DNA from: Eledone cirrhosa
Taxonomy: Eukaryota
Assembly (NCBI GenBank): GCA_964016885.1
Contig: OZ024743.1
Coordinates: forward strand, 8,122,001 to 8,186,000
Reading direction: 5' to 3'
Length of the DNA: 64,000 nucleotides
Shown piece by piece: positions 49,321-62,559 of the stretch (position 1 is the stretch's first letter; every line of letters starts with the position of its first letter). The notes below the pieces were generated by a model. That model saw only the letters and a program-made list of their open reading frames with translations. It did not search any database and was not told where the DNA came from. The position numbers and the translations under genes were made by a program.

Positions 49321-52300
49321 GTCCTGGGTATGACATTAAACTACATCCAGTGGCAAGGCTCCAGTTCGGGAGTTCAGGAGATGTGGGGAATGTGGAGTTA
49401 CCCCTTAGTTGTCATGACTCCCAGGTCTGCCCTGGCCCGGGGTGGTAGTACCTGTTAGGGCTCCATTTATGGGTTAAATAACTACCTTATTCGAGTGGCG
49501 CCGGTAAGGTATTGTCAGCCATTGAAAAGAAATATGAAGAGTCGATCTAACAGCACTAGGGTTAGAGCCCCTAATTACACTGTCAAGGAGCAGCCTGGTC
49601 GTTATGACTCTGCTGGCTTAGAGCCACAGAGAGGGCCAGTGGATGATGAATCAGCTGTCTCTGAGACAAATATAAAGAATGCAGTTTTGTCCTGCAGAAG
49701 AGCCATCAAAATGGGCACTTTGAATGTGAGGACTATTCGAACGCTGGAGAAGAGAGAGGAGTTGGGACATCTGTTCGAGGAGAGTGGTATACAGATACTT
49801 GCGATCCAAGAACACAGGATTCTACACGATGAGCCCGTGAGGAGTGTGATGATCGGGAGGAAGAGCCAGCTCATCACTACATCGGCAGTGAAGAACACAA
49901 CAAATGCTGCAGTGGGAGGAGTGGGTTTTGTGTTCAGTGCAAAAACCAATCTGTTGGTGAGGGAAATAATGCCTATCTCCCCGCGAGTGTGACAATGGAA
50001 ACCCAAGACTGACAGTCATCTCAGCCTATAGTCCAACCGAGGGGGACAGTGATGTGAATGCGGAGGAGTTCCATGAGGAGGTGTGTAGGGCTGTCAACAC
50101 CACTCAGGCACACAATATCCTGCTTGTTTTGGGGGACTTCAATGCACATCTGAGTAAGGAGGGCAGTGAAGATCCTTGCTGGTACTTCCATAACAACACC
50201 AACCGAAATGGAAGACTACTGAGAGACACCCTGCTGGAGGCGAACTTGATGGCGACCAACCTAAGGTTTAGGAAGAATCTGGGGAAGATGTGGACCTACA
50301 TCTCAGATATGCACCTGTCCAAGTCCCAGATTGATTTCATTCTGGTGAGGAAAAAGTGGCGGAATAGTGTTCTGAACACGGAACCATACAGTTATTTCAG
50401 TACACTGGGTAGTGACCACCGGCTTGTTATGAGTGAGGTCCGCGTGAGCTTAAGAAAGAGCAAGGCTCAGCCCCGGAGAACAATCTATGACTGGGGAGCT
50501 TTCAAGGAAGATGATAAGCTACAGGAGAGGTTCACAGTGGAAGTGAGAAACAGGTTTAGTGCTCTGTGTGGAGAGTCAGAGGAGAGAGAGATTGGATGGA
50601 CTGAGGAGAGTGTGACGAGGAGGTACGGGCACTTCACCAATGCAGTGGCGAAAGCAAGTGAAACCCTGGTGCCGAGGAAAAAGAACAAAGGGAAGCACGT
50701 CAGCTCTGCAAACCCAAAAGTGTGTGCGGCCAGAGAACACCTGAAAGCTGCCAGGGACCAATTCTATGCTGATCCTACGGAGGAGAGGATGGAGACTGTG
50801 GAGGTGATGAGGGAAGAGCTCTGTACCGCTTACACTGAGGTCAGAGAGGAGGCACTGATAGAGAAGATCAGAAGTGTGGAGAGAGCGGTTGACAGATCTT
50901 GATGTAAGGAGAGCTGGATGATCATCAACGAGATCACAGGGAGGAAGAGAAGGTGTTCGAGTCAGATCCAGGGAACGGGGCCCGAGGATAGGAAGAGGAA
51001 ATGGCTAGACCATTTTAGGACCCTACTAGGAGAGCCACCCTCCACAGCCCAGAGCACTGGGGAGATCAGGCGGCTGTTTGAGGAACTGGATGTTGAGACA
51101 GAGCCCTTCACCAGAGAGGAGCTTCAGAGAGCCAAGAAGAAGATCAAGGAGGGCAAGGCTCATGGAGAAGATGGAGTGGCATCAGAGGTGATGAAGAGGT
51201 GTGATTTTGATGATATCATCCTGGGGTTCTGTAACGGGGCACTGGAGAAAGGAGTTGCCCCGAATCAGTGGAGGATCAGTAACATCGTCCCAGTGCCAAA
51301 GAAGGGAGATCTCTCTAACACCAACAACTACCGGGGGATCTCACTGACGTCACTTGTGGCAAAGACCCTCAACAGGATGATTCTTAACAGGATCCAGCCT
51401 GAGATGGAGAAGAAGCTCAGGGACAACCAGAACGGCTTCAGAGAGGGTAGATCAACCACCAGTCACATCCTGATGCTGAGGAGGATACTAGAGGGAGCTA
51501 GAGCAAAGTGCCTTCCTGCGGTCATGGTTTTCATTGACTTTAGGAAGGCCTTTGATTCTGTGGACCGTTACTGCCTGATGAAGATCTTACAGGCTTATGG
51601 AATCCCCAAGAGGATAGTGGACCTGATATCACTGCTCTACACCAACACCAAAGCCCAAGTCATTACACCTGATGGGATGACAGAGTTCTTTGAGATACTG
51701 GCTGGAGTGCTCCAGGGAGATACATTGGCTCCCTACCTTTTTATCATCGTAGTGGACTATTGTATGCGCCTTGCACTGGAGAAACACCAGGACTCTGGCT
51801 TTACTGTAGCACCGGCTCAGAGCAGGAGAGTTGGGGCGAAAAAGGTATCGGATGCTGAATTTGCCGACGACATAGTTTTGGTGACAAATACAGTGAAGGA
51901 GGCAGAGGATTTGATGCGGGAGGTTGAGACTGTGTCGATGAGTGTGGGGCTGAGAATGAATGAGACTAAAACAAAATATCTGGTAGAGAATGTTGAGAAG
52001 CCAGAGGGGATCACTAATGTAGGCGGGAAGCCGCTGGAATTGGTTGAGGACTTCCTGTATTTGGGAGCAAAGATTGGGAATACGGGGGATGATGTGGTTG
52101 AGAGGAAGAGCAAGGCCTGGGCGGCGTGCCACAGCTTGAGATCGGTGTGGAAGTCGGACCTTCGTAGAGACCTGAAAACCCGCCTCTTCATTGCTGTAGT
52201 GGAGTCTGTGCTGCTGTATGGGTCTGAGACTTGGACACTGACCAAGAAACTCACTCAGATGGTGGATGGGTGCTACACGAGAATGCTGAGGATGGCTCTG

Positions 52301-52618
52301 AACATTAATCAGTATACACTGAGGATGAAAAACTCAGAGCTGTATGGGAGCATCCCAAAAGTCAGCTCAAAAGTGACACAGAGGAGACTGAGGTTGGCTG
52401 CACATGATCACCGACATCCAGAGTTGACATTGCACTCAGTGCTCCTTTGGGAGCCCCTACATGGACACACTAGAAGAGGAAGACCAAGGTTAACATATGT
52501 TGATGCCCTAAGGACAGACACTGGTCTGTTGGAGATGCAGGATATGGCAGCGATAATGAGGGACAGAGACCACTGGAGAGAACTCGTCCATGGATCTCGG
52601 GAATTTTACCCGCCTTAG
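49321..52618 (+). mobile_element. Full-length RTE-like LINE (single APE-RT ORF, disabled) in a (TA)/(TATG)n microsatellite
   Basis: GTLNVRTI, LAIQEHR, GGVGF, SAYSPT, LGDFNA, SQIDFIL, SDHR; NYRGISL, FIDFRKAFDSV, GVLQGDTLAPYLF, FADD, LLYGSETWTLT. The stop codon abuts the microsatellite. Confidence 0.93.
49495..52618 (+). pseudogene. RTE ORF with one frameshifting deletion (~49990) and one in-frame TGA (50900-50902)
   Basis: Track ORFs 49495-49992, 50054-50902 and 50918-52618 are consecutive parts of one APE-RT polyprotein. The last two share a frame. Confidence 0.9.
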
Positions 52619-52659
52619 ATATGTATATATATATGTATGTATATATATATATATGTATG

Positions 52660-52691
<32 letters not shown>

Positions 52692-52810
52692 TGTATGTAT
52701 GTATGTATGTATGTATGTATGTATGTATGTATATATGTATGTATGTATGTATATATATGTATATATGTATGTATATATATATATGTATATATATATGTAT
52801 GTATATATAT

Positions 52811-52844
<34 letters not shown>

Positions 52845-53000
52845 GTATATATGTATGTATGTATATATGTATGTATATATGTATGTATATATATATGTAT
52901 GTATATATGTATGTATGTATGTATGTATATATATGTATGTATGTATATATGTATGTATATATGTATGTATGTATGTATATATATATATATATATATATAT
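52619..53000. repeat. (TATG)n/(TA)n tail or target microsatellite
   Basis: Directly visible. Confidence 0.95.
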
Positions 53001-53049
53001 TATAACACAACAGGAGGCTGGACTGGTGTAATTCCTTAAAAGGTTTATT

Positions 53050-53107
53050 ATACTATGATCATTCCAATCACCGGGTTCGGTATGAATCCGGTGATATCAT
53101 CAGGTAT
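53050..53107 (-). ncRNA. Hammerhead ribozyme motif with a single core change
   Basis: ATAC-CTGATGA-tATCACCGGATTC atacc GAACCCGGTGATt-GGA(for GAA)-ATGATCAT-A-GTAT, then AATAAA and a short tail to (TA)n. Confidence 0.65.
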
Positions 53108-53734
53108 TTGAAATATAACAAAGGAATATAATAGACAAAATCCATAGGGCTGAAAATCAGAGACATGAGGGCGATCGAACATTTAGCAGCTTCTACCTCG
53201 GTCGGCCGCCCTCAAGAGACTTGTATACTATTATATATACTATATATTTATCTCGGAGTTATCCTGAAATTATTTCAGAGATGTGTTTAATGTTTCTTTA
53301 GTGATTTAATTTCTCGACTATAAGAGTTCTGTATTATGTGCAACCTATTCTGTTTGTGTAAGAAGGTGAAAATATATTACACTTCCTTTTAGATGAAATG
53401 CTTTGTCAACAGCAGGAGAAATGCTGAGAGATAGTAAAGATAAATGACGTAGTAAGAGAGATGTTGGGGACCAGTATTATGATTATCCAAATCTTCCAGA
53501 AGCACTATTGTTTGGCTTCATCGTTCACCAACTGGAGACATTTACGCTCTGCCGAGTATTCAAGGAAAGTTTAAAGATCCGAGAAAAAGAGGTTGATCAG
53601 ATGGTGATAAAATATCCGAGAGGAAGTGCTAATTGCTGACACGGAACCGAGTCCAATGGCGGAAACTCATACATACTATTGTTCAAAAAAGATCTGAAAT
53701 TGATTCTACGCATCAGCATCATCATTATTGTTTG

Positions 53735-53912
53735 AATCAGCATAGAGTTACGGCCCTTTATGTTCTGAATTCAAATCCAGTCGAGGTTAACTTTGCCTTC
53801 CATCCTTATGGGGTCGATATAATAAAGCACCAGTGAGTACTGGGGTCGGTTTAATCGACTCTCTCCTCCCCTTCAAATTGCTGGCCTTGTGCCTAAAGTA
53901 GGAACAATTATT
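53735..53912 (+). mobile_element. SINE S1
   Basis: GAATTCAAATCC..GCCTTCCATCCTTATGGGGTCGAT..GGCCTTGTGCCTAAAGTAGGAACAATTATT. Confidence 0.8.
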
Positions 53913-54531
53913 GTGTTGAATTACTGAAAATGTGGAATAAGTAAAAATGCATGGAACGAAATAAGGCACTATTGCACAATGCATGTTCCGGCGTTTATAT
54001 CATCGAATAATTCTGTTCTTTTACTACTGAAATATGAAGACAGAAAGCTGTTATATCAAACAGCTTTCATACACTCTAAAGAAAATCAAACACTATATTG
54101 GATTCTATTGTTTAACCTCATATCAGCTATAATATAGTAGACGTATGATGAAAGGAGTTCGGGCCATACCAAACCTGTCATTTTTTTCAGACTTAATGTA
54201 TTGCGTATTACATTATAGTGTGTGTGCTCCTTCTTTCAAGAAATGTGGAAATTTAGTTATAATTTCTAGTAGGTCGAGCAACTATGCTGAAGATGTTTCA
54301 TTACTATTGTGTTAAATTTTGATTTTTGTCAAGCGTTCTTTTGTTAACATAGTTATCTTCCCTTAAAACTATAAGATTAAGAATTTATGTAGTTAAATAA
54401 CAAAAGAAACATAGCTAAATTAAATCTTCTGCTAAACTCCAATTACATCTATGATGCTTTAAAGGAATATTAAATCGATCCCTCCGATGTTTGTCAGTTA
54501 CTTTATATTATTGACCCAAGTAATATGAAAA

Positions 54532-54700
54532 TAGGCGGTGAATTGGCAGTGTCATTAGAACGTCAGATAGAACGCTTTATTGCATTCGTTTCGGCTCTCT
54601 GCTCTCTGAGTTCAAATCCCACCGAGGTCAACTTTGCCTTTCATCCTTTCGAGGTCGATAAAACAAAATACCACTTTAGCACTGGGGTCGATTCTTCCTC
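54532..54700 (+). mobile_element. SINE S1
   Basis: GGCGGTGAATTGGCAG..GAGTTCAAATCCCACCGAGGTCAACTTTGCCTTTCATCCTTTCGAGGTCGATAAAA. Confidence 0.8.
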
Positions 54701-54719
54701 TCTCTAAAAGCAATCTGCT

Positions 54720-54830
54720 GTGCTCAGTCTTTGAGAGGGATGGGCTCGACTTGGCTTAAAATGCCCAAGAAGCGCCGTATGTCAATAAGGCGCTCCTACG
54801 ACTCTATCAGGAGTAATGGGACCATACCAT
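54720..54830 (+). repeat. ~110-bp interspersed repeat; inverted partner at 57541-57650
   Basis: GAGAGGGATGGGCTCG..GGCTTAAAATG..AAGAA.CGCCGTATGTCAATA..CCTACGACT.TATCAGGAGT..GGGACCA is present in both copies. Confidence 0.8.
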
Positions 54831-56409
54831 ACCAATATGAAAATAAGGCGCAATATGTTCTCAGAACGTCAAGGGCTGTATCTAACTAAATACTGTAGGT
54901 ATTTTCTCTGAAGCTTTAACAAGTCTTCCAATTCATCCCTTTCAAGTATGATGGGACTTAGTGTTATACTGAAAAATTTTCCTTGCAAATACTTTAGTAT
55001 TAGCAGATATAAGAGTATTACATAGAAGACAATGTCTGAAATAAAATGAAGTAAAGAAAGCTGATATGGAAAGGATATGACTATAAAAAGAAAACAAAAT
55101 CAAAACCGACTAGAAATAATTTTAGCTATCTGGGAGACCCAGCATTAAATAAATATGATATATGTATACGCTAGTGGTAAGCACTATTAAAGAAAAAAGA
55201 AGCACGATTATAGAAATAGGTACCACCAGAAACTGGAAGTAATCTCATATATTCGAAAGAGGAACAGAAAGGGGAGGTTGTGAATGGGAGTAGCAAATTT
55301 GACAGCAGAGATATATCATAAAGTGAAAGATATATCTACACCATTAACTTAGTGAGTAGCTTCAAGGAACAAAATGCTGTGCAAAGTAGCCATTTCATTG
55401 ATTCGTAAATGAACACATGCAGACGATGGGTTGAAATTGTTATCAATGAATGTTCTGGTGTTGCTCGTATTGTTCTGTCAGAATAGTGGAACAGTTGGGA
55501 TTTTTTATCATTAGTTAGACAATGGGTTTGTTCTATATTGTAAAGTTGTAGATCATAACTTCATATAAAAAAATATACGTTACGGTTTTCCCATCCAAAG
55601 TATTTTGAAATCTCTGATTTGAAAACCAAACGATAGTGGTTTAATAATAAAACAAGTCGTTGATTTTCGATAGGCAGGCGTTAATTTTTTCTTCTTTCTT
55701 TGATAGATAGACAAGTTTTATAGGATAGCAAGGAAGCTCACCTTACCCCTACAAAGAAACAAACAATAAAAAACAACAAAAACAGCAACAACAAAAACAA
55801 AGATGAGACATTGACATCTGCAGGCTGTCGTGTATTTATTTATAACCATTTAATTCATCTATCAAGAGGAGACAACCAACATTACTTTGACATTTACGAT
55901 ATTTTAGCTTGTTTTATAGGACTTATTTAATGAAATACAGGCAGTGTTTCTTCCTCAAAATAAACAAATAGATATCTCTGTTGAATAGGATAAAATATAA
56001 CTCACGAAACGGGGAAGTATGCCAAGGGATGAAGTTATTCATAAACAGTTTGTTATTTTCTTTTTATCAATGTCGTACTTTAAACCCCTTTTCCACGTTT
56101 ATTCAAATTATTTCTTGGCCTAGACTTGAACTATAGGATTTGTAGATTTATCCAGTTCTGTATTGCTAGCATCCCAAACTCTGCATTCTCAACAACTGTT
56201 AATGACAACGTAATTTAGCCACTTATTTATCTATCTATATATATGTCTATCTATCATTACCCCCCCCCCCCCCACACACACACTCTCTCTCTATATATAT
56301 ATGTATATATATATATAAAAGGTAAACAGAAATAACAACACAATCGGTACAATATACGGAAGAAATATATTAGGTTAACGCTTGAAATAGCAGGAAGACG
56401 GTCTTAACG

Positions 56410-56502
<93 letters not shown>

Positions 56503-56799
56503 GAAATGGCTGTGCAGTTGCTATTTAAGGTAACTTAAAATGCAGTGGGAATACGAAGACAGCAAGAACAGGGAGGGGGGTGTTTTCCTCATCAGTTGTC
56601 TACTGGGAGTCTAGGATATTTCTACGCTTTAAAGACAAGATATCACTTCACCCCAGGGCGTAAATAACTGGATAAGTTATTGGAAAAACGAAGGATGGAG
56701 GGAAGGAAAGCAAAGGGGAAGAAAAGAGAAACAGTAACAAAACAGCGAAAAAAAACACAAACCGAGCAATGAGCGAGAAACAATATATATATATGAAAA

Positions 56800-56860
56800 G
56801 ATTCAAGACCCCGACGGCTGAGCTCCGGCCGTTTCGATAGCTATGTCCGAACGTTATCCC
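56800..56860 (-). mobile_element. Family B-related hammerhead 3' half with a different tail
   Basis: Minus strand reads TAGCTATC-GAAACGGC-cggagctca-GCCGTC-GGGGTCTT. Confidence 0.6.
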
Positions 56861-57267
56861 ACTAACCACACACCCCTATTTTTAAATCAATTGTTGTTAA
56901 CTACTGCTGTGAATCCCTCTCTCTCTCTCTCTCTGTTCTAATTTTGCTTTTTCTTCGTCCAACGTCCGTTGTGTTTTCTTTCCGAATAACTATCCGAGGA
57001 TAGTTATTGATGCACTGTGGTGCCTAGCCCTGTCTTTCAAGCATTCGAAACTATAATGATCCACAAAAGACAGCTAAAAGCGGGAGTTGTCCATGGTATT
57101 GTTTAACTCGTCAGAAGGCGATCTCTTTATTTTCGACAGAGTGACAGCGCCATAAGCTGGTGTTAGAGAATTAAATGTTTCAGTGGTAGATTTGTTGAGT
57201 TTCCACACAAAATGAGTGTTGAAGTACTATCCATAGACAAAACGTTCGAAGAAAGCATGGGTTAAAA

Positions 57268-57337
<70 letters not shown>

Positions 57338-57452
57338 CTATGTGTATACTCTGGTAATGTATCTTAAATTGCCCATGGAGTTCTCTGAGATACAACCGGT
57401 ACTGGCATTGATAAATATGCTGGGTCCGTCAACCCTTATTATATATATATAT

Positions 57453-57498
<46 letters not shown>

Positions 57499-57693
57499 AT
57501 GTGTGTGTGTGTGTGTGTATGTGTGTGTGTGTGTGTATGTGCTGTGGTCCCGTAACTCCTGATAAAGTCGTAGGGCCGCTGTATTGACATACGGCGTTTC
57601 TTCGACATTTTAAGCCTGGCCGAGCCCATCCCTCTCCGGGCCTGAGTACACGTGTGTGGTGTGTGTGTGTGTGTGTGTTTATATATATATATA

Positions 57694-58129
57694 TATACTT
57701 TGGGAGGGTCATGTTGCCAATATAAACACACACACACCTGTTGGTTTTCATAATTTATTATAAATTTCGGGTTGGTTTGTTCCATAACCGGAAGGTTGTT
57801 TATATATTGTCAAAGCTCTTTCGTCACACATTCTGAGACCTCCTTAGTGACTAGGGTTTCATTTTTGTGTGTCTATCCTTTGTTCTGTCCTACACCATCT
57901 TGTATTTGTGTGACTGAGGAAGTCACAGAATGTGTGACGAAAGAGCTTTGACAATATATAAACAGCCTTCTAGTTATCGAACCAACCAACCGGAAATTTA
58001 TAATAATTTGAAATGAAAACCAACAGGTGCGTGTGTTTTTATTGGCAACATGACCCTCCCAAAGTATAACAATATCTGTTTCAACACACGTTTTCAGATA
58101 ATAAATCTTGCAAAACGAATTCAAAAACG

Positions 58130-58133
<4 letters not shown>
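57694..58133 (+). mobile_element. Fold-back element, family C copy 2, with a hammerhead motif in each arm
   Basis: Arms 57694-57851 and 57910-58068, tail to 58133. Minus 57809-57851 reads GTCA-CTAAGGA..GAAAgagcTT-TGAC. Plus 57910-57952 reads gtgA-CTGAGGA-aGTCACA gaatg TGTGAC-GAAAgagcTT-TGAC. Confidence 0.88.
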
Positions 58134-58228
<95 letters not shown>

Positions 58229-59836
58229 TGTATGTATGCATATAATATATACATATTTGTACGTGTGTATAAAAATATCTATGTACGTAAGTATGTGCGC
58301 GCGAGCGTGTGTATATTCTTCGCATTTTTAACAGCTTTACATCCTTCTCTCTTTTTTGAGGACATTGCAGATTTTGTGTAAATTTATAGAAACAAATCTA
58401 TGATCACAAACTTAAAGCTATACTTTAAATCTTTCTTTCATGCTGTGTGAGGAAATTTGCAGTAAGGTATGAATTTTATTACCGTTAAAAATACTGGGGC
58501 CAGAGAAAATGTCTGGGAAAGCAAATTAAAAAGTTATTTCACTGAAGTAATGGAGTTCATTTATTTAGCTTTCTGACGAAAATTGAGATAAGATACGAAA
58601 GATAAATATGTTTAATTAGTATGTATACAGCATTAATGTGTATACAACATTCAAAGAATACAAGCTGCGATATGATTAAATAAGGATGTTATGCTCTGAA
58701 CCGTGAAAAACAATTTTATAAGTTAGCCACTTGGCATTACTCTGCTATTCATCTCTTTTATAATGATCTATTTTCACAACTTTTCTTTATCTTCTTTCTC
58801 TTTTACGATTCCTTAATCATTTGGTTTGTGTTTCCAATTATATGAACCATATCTTGGTATTGTTGCTTTGAACATATTTTTTATAGTAACAATAATCAGA
58901 GAATTCCTTCAACCACTTGACTTCCAGTTATCATTCATAGATCCAACAATCTTTTAGTACAATTAATAAATTATGTGTAGAGATATTTAGATCTCATGCA
59001 GAGAAGCCACTGGGTTTTATTAATAGACAATTTGATATTTCTAGCATCAATAATAGCGCTAATTGCTCTTCCGTTACTTGCTTTAGTGTAATGTTTTAAA
59101 GTATATTCGAAATTATTTTCTAACCATATACATAAAAAAAAGAAAAATGATAATTAAGAATGTTATTTGAGCCATTCACCGACAAAGAGTTCTACAATAG
59201 GAACATATGAATGAGTTTATAAAGAAATGAAGATAATTGAGTCTACAATGTGATTGAAATAACGTCTTTATGTTGTTTAATAATCATTTTAAGGCAGATT
59301 ATTTTAGTTCAGTGAGAGTTTTATTGTGTCAGCTTTATACAGAGCAAAATTGTTCAGAAAAATAAGTTGCTGCTGTTATTTAAACCACGGTCAGCTTTTA
59401 TCAAACAAATCTATGATCAAAAGCATTTAAACTGTGACCATTACGTTTTTTTCTTCAAGCATAGTGTATCTATGACTACATTATTCAAAGTATACTTTCT
59501 TTCCAAAGACAGTATAATGTAATATTTGATACATGTTATTCTGGCTACAATTTCTAGCAGGTCGAAAGACTACGTAGTGCTTACCTCATTCACTTGATAA
59601 CAACTTGAATTCTACCTTCTGTATTCTTATGAAGCAAGCTTAGACACCAATTTAGTTGATTTGGGAACAATTGCCGAGAATAATATATCAATGCATTAGT
59701 TCTTCTATAAGTACAATATATTTGATTCACAAGAGTTATTCTAAATCATATTCAGAAAAGAAAATTCATCCAGGCAAATGGCAAACCCTTTCTCTTCATT
59801 ACTGTGGTTAATCCACCGTCTATTTTTATTTCTCGA

Positions 59837-60068
59837 CTAGCAAAAGAACACGTCGTTGTCATTTCGCGACATAAAGACCCCCTCACTCCTCAACATGGCC
59901 GTCTTTAAATAGCCCCAGAACTCTGCTATTTTAGGGGAGAGCAAGATTTAAACTATATGTTGACATCCTAAATAACGTATGTATCAAATTTGAACAAAAT
60001 CGGATGGAAACTGTGGAAATATATATCCTGCATGCAGACAGACAGGCATTTTCGTTTTTATATATAGA
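59837..60068 (-). mobile_element. Non-autonomous Helitron
   Basis: Minus strand reads A|TCTATATATAAAAACG ... GCTAG|T, i.e. canonical TC..CTAG ends inserted between A and T. Internal AAATTTGAACAAAATCGG and (GACA)n. Confidence 0.75.
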
Positions 60069-61529
60069 TTACACCTTCCCCTGTACTCTCTCTCTCTCTC
60101 TCTGATTTAACATTATTTGTCTCACCTATCATTTATCTAGCCACTGTTAAATTATTTCTATTCTCATTCAGTTTCTTCTTTTTACCTCACCAGTCCATCA
60201 ATCAAAATACCTGTACTATCATGCTCGAACTATCTTCTTTAGATAGACGGTTTTGTTAGGAATGAGCTAAACCAGTCAAGCTTCGTTTATCAATAAAAAT
60301 TATCATTTCAGTAATGTTAATTATATATTGATTTGTCACATGATCTAAAATTGTAGGGATATGTTCGTTCTAAAAACAAAAAATTTCTATATCTTTTGCA
60401 TATATTTTGAATTGATTAAATATTATTAATATAATTTTCGTTTCTTAATATTTTATGACAGTTAAGTCAAATATTAAATATTTTAAAATGTTCATTTCGA
60501 TCTGAGTAATTATAAATATTATTGGTTAAACTGAACAAGGAATCAATCAATATAGCAATATGAATTTGTTCTAATAAACCCGATTTAAACATTAAAATAT
60601 ACAGTCACTGTTTTTTGTTAACTAAAGCATTGACGCCACTACTTTTAACTCATTACAAATATTACAATAATTGAAAGAATCAGAAAAAAGGAATATTATA
60701 TCTTTTTTTTTTTATCCCAGATGTACAAATCAAGAAAACCATCAAGTAGAAACATATTAATCTCAAAATATCAAAAGCTATATTTGCTATAATAAGATAC
60801 AGGGTGCATTAATGACATGGTACATATTTCTCCCTTGTGTATCTATTTCATAAATATAAAACTTTTGATTGGGAGGATGCAAGTACATCAGACCGTACTC
60901 AACAACTTTATAAAATGGAAACAGGGTCAATGCATCACAAATATTATAAGAGTCACTCGGAAACAAGATCATACAATCTGGCCATATGAAATTTATTCAA
61001 TATAAACGCCACTATATGTTTCTTTATAAATTATTTATATCCTGTAATGAAAATTAAATTAAAGTTGTTTCTTATTAAATTAATCAGGATAGAAGCACGC
61101 ACGAAACAGTTTCAAATCATATTTTGATTAAAATATGGAATGACTTAAGAAATAGGCTTGTTTATTCATTACACACATGGTTGTGGGTTCAATTCCACAG
61201 CGTGGTACGTTGGGCAAATATATTTTAGAAAGCCTCAAGTCTAAAAAAGCCATTCGAATAATATTAATCAATACTTCTCACTATTGTTTGCCTGTCCACT
61301 GTTAACCATGTATTTATCATATTCACATTTAACCATTACATTTAATGTAGATTTGATTTTCTTGTATATAATTCAGTATTTAAAAACCTTTAATTTTTGC
61401 AGTGCTTACAAGTATTTTACATTCATTTTTACTGTACTATTAAACATGCTTTATTCAAATTTATCATACCAGTCCATTAAATATATATTCACGAATCCCT
61501 GCTGGGCCATTAATTTGTCCGTTAAACGT

Positions 61530-61650
61530 GATTTCAGGTTCGATCACACCGTACAGAAACTTGGGCTGGTGTTTTCTGCTGTAGTCTCGTCTTGTCCAAG
61601 CTTTGTGAGTGACATTTGGCAGGTGGAAGCTGTTTGGAATCCCGTCGGTG
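61530..61650 (+). mobile_element. Degenerate tRNA-head SINE (third family)
   Basis: GGTTCGATCAC (B-box-like) ..TTGGGC..GTGTTTTCTGCTGTAG..AAGCTTTGTGAGTG..GGAAGCTG..CCCGTCG. A similar head lies at 61178-61250. Confidence 0.5.
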
Positions 61651-62269
61651 AGTGTGTTCCTGTTCTTATGGGGAGGGTCGACTTAATCAGTCAAGTATTT
61701 AACAACAGTAGATGGCACTTGTATACCTTTAGAGAAGTCAACTCTGTCGGAAGTCACTGGTCAGACGATAACTTTTCCCCTTCCGTCATCCTTCAAATAG
61801 ATTCGGGGGTCAGGAAAAGGACCATTGATTAACTTAAGGTCAGGTACTCTCCACCTGACAAGCTTCCGTACAATTTCCTAAATTTAGTATTATATAGTAT
61901 GCAAAACCTAGTCAGAGGAAGAAGGGAAGTGCCTCTCAGACTGTTGAGAGGATGGGAGGAAGTTATCTGTTGACTAAAGACCTGGTCCAAATCATTAGTC
62001 TCCGTTAAAAGCACTAAACGGACTAGGTGGAGGTTTTAAATAGAAAAAAAGGATTTAGGCTACCAAACAAGAACAGACACGATTTATTCGTCGCGCAATA
62101 ATAAGTGTTAACATATGTAATGCACTGGGCAGCAAAAAGTTAATAACAAATAATTTTATGATCATGAAAGTTTCTATCTTTTCAGAAAGTACGGGAAACA
62201 ACTCCGGACATGTGTCAGTTTTATTAGACCTCATTAGCGGAGAGTAGACAACACCGTACACGTCGACTT

Positions 62270-62395
62270 CAACTTTGACTTTCATCCTCCTGGGGGTCAA
62301 TAAAATAGTCTCAGACATGCACTGGGTTGATGTTTAATCAGCTTTCTCCTTCCTCGAAAATTGCTGGCCTTGTGTCTAAATAAAAAACCATTACT
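62270..62395 (+). mobile_element. SINE S1 3' part
   Basis: CAACTTTGACTTTCATCCTCCTGGGGTCAATAAAATAG..TTGCTGGCCTTGTGTCTAAAT. Confidence 0.75.
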
Positions 62396-62492
62396 AATAT
62401 GGTTTCTAAAATTAAATATATCAATCTTACTATTATTTTTTCAAGTAAAAGCAAAAATCTACCAATATATACATATGCACGCACGCACGCAT

Positions 62493-62559
<67 letters not shown>

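Noticed and set aside
50900-50902. In-frame TGA in the RTE ORF as selenocysteine or readthrough
   Set aside because: The same copy has a frameshifting deletion and no 3' UTR to hold a SECIS. A CGA>TGA-type decay mutation is simpler.
56558-56600. Minus-strand CTGATGA-g-GAAAACA..TGTTC-TTG
   Set aside because: Stem II is absent (one nucleotide), so it cannot form a hammerhead. Possibly a deleted relic.
61284-61832. 182-aa ORF as a host exon
   Set aside because: It runs through AT-rich sequence and SINE fragments, with no domain motif or clear splice context.
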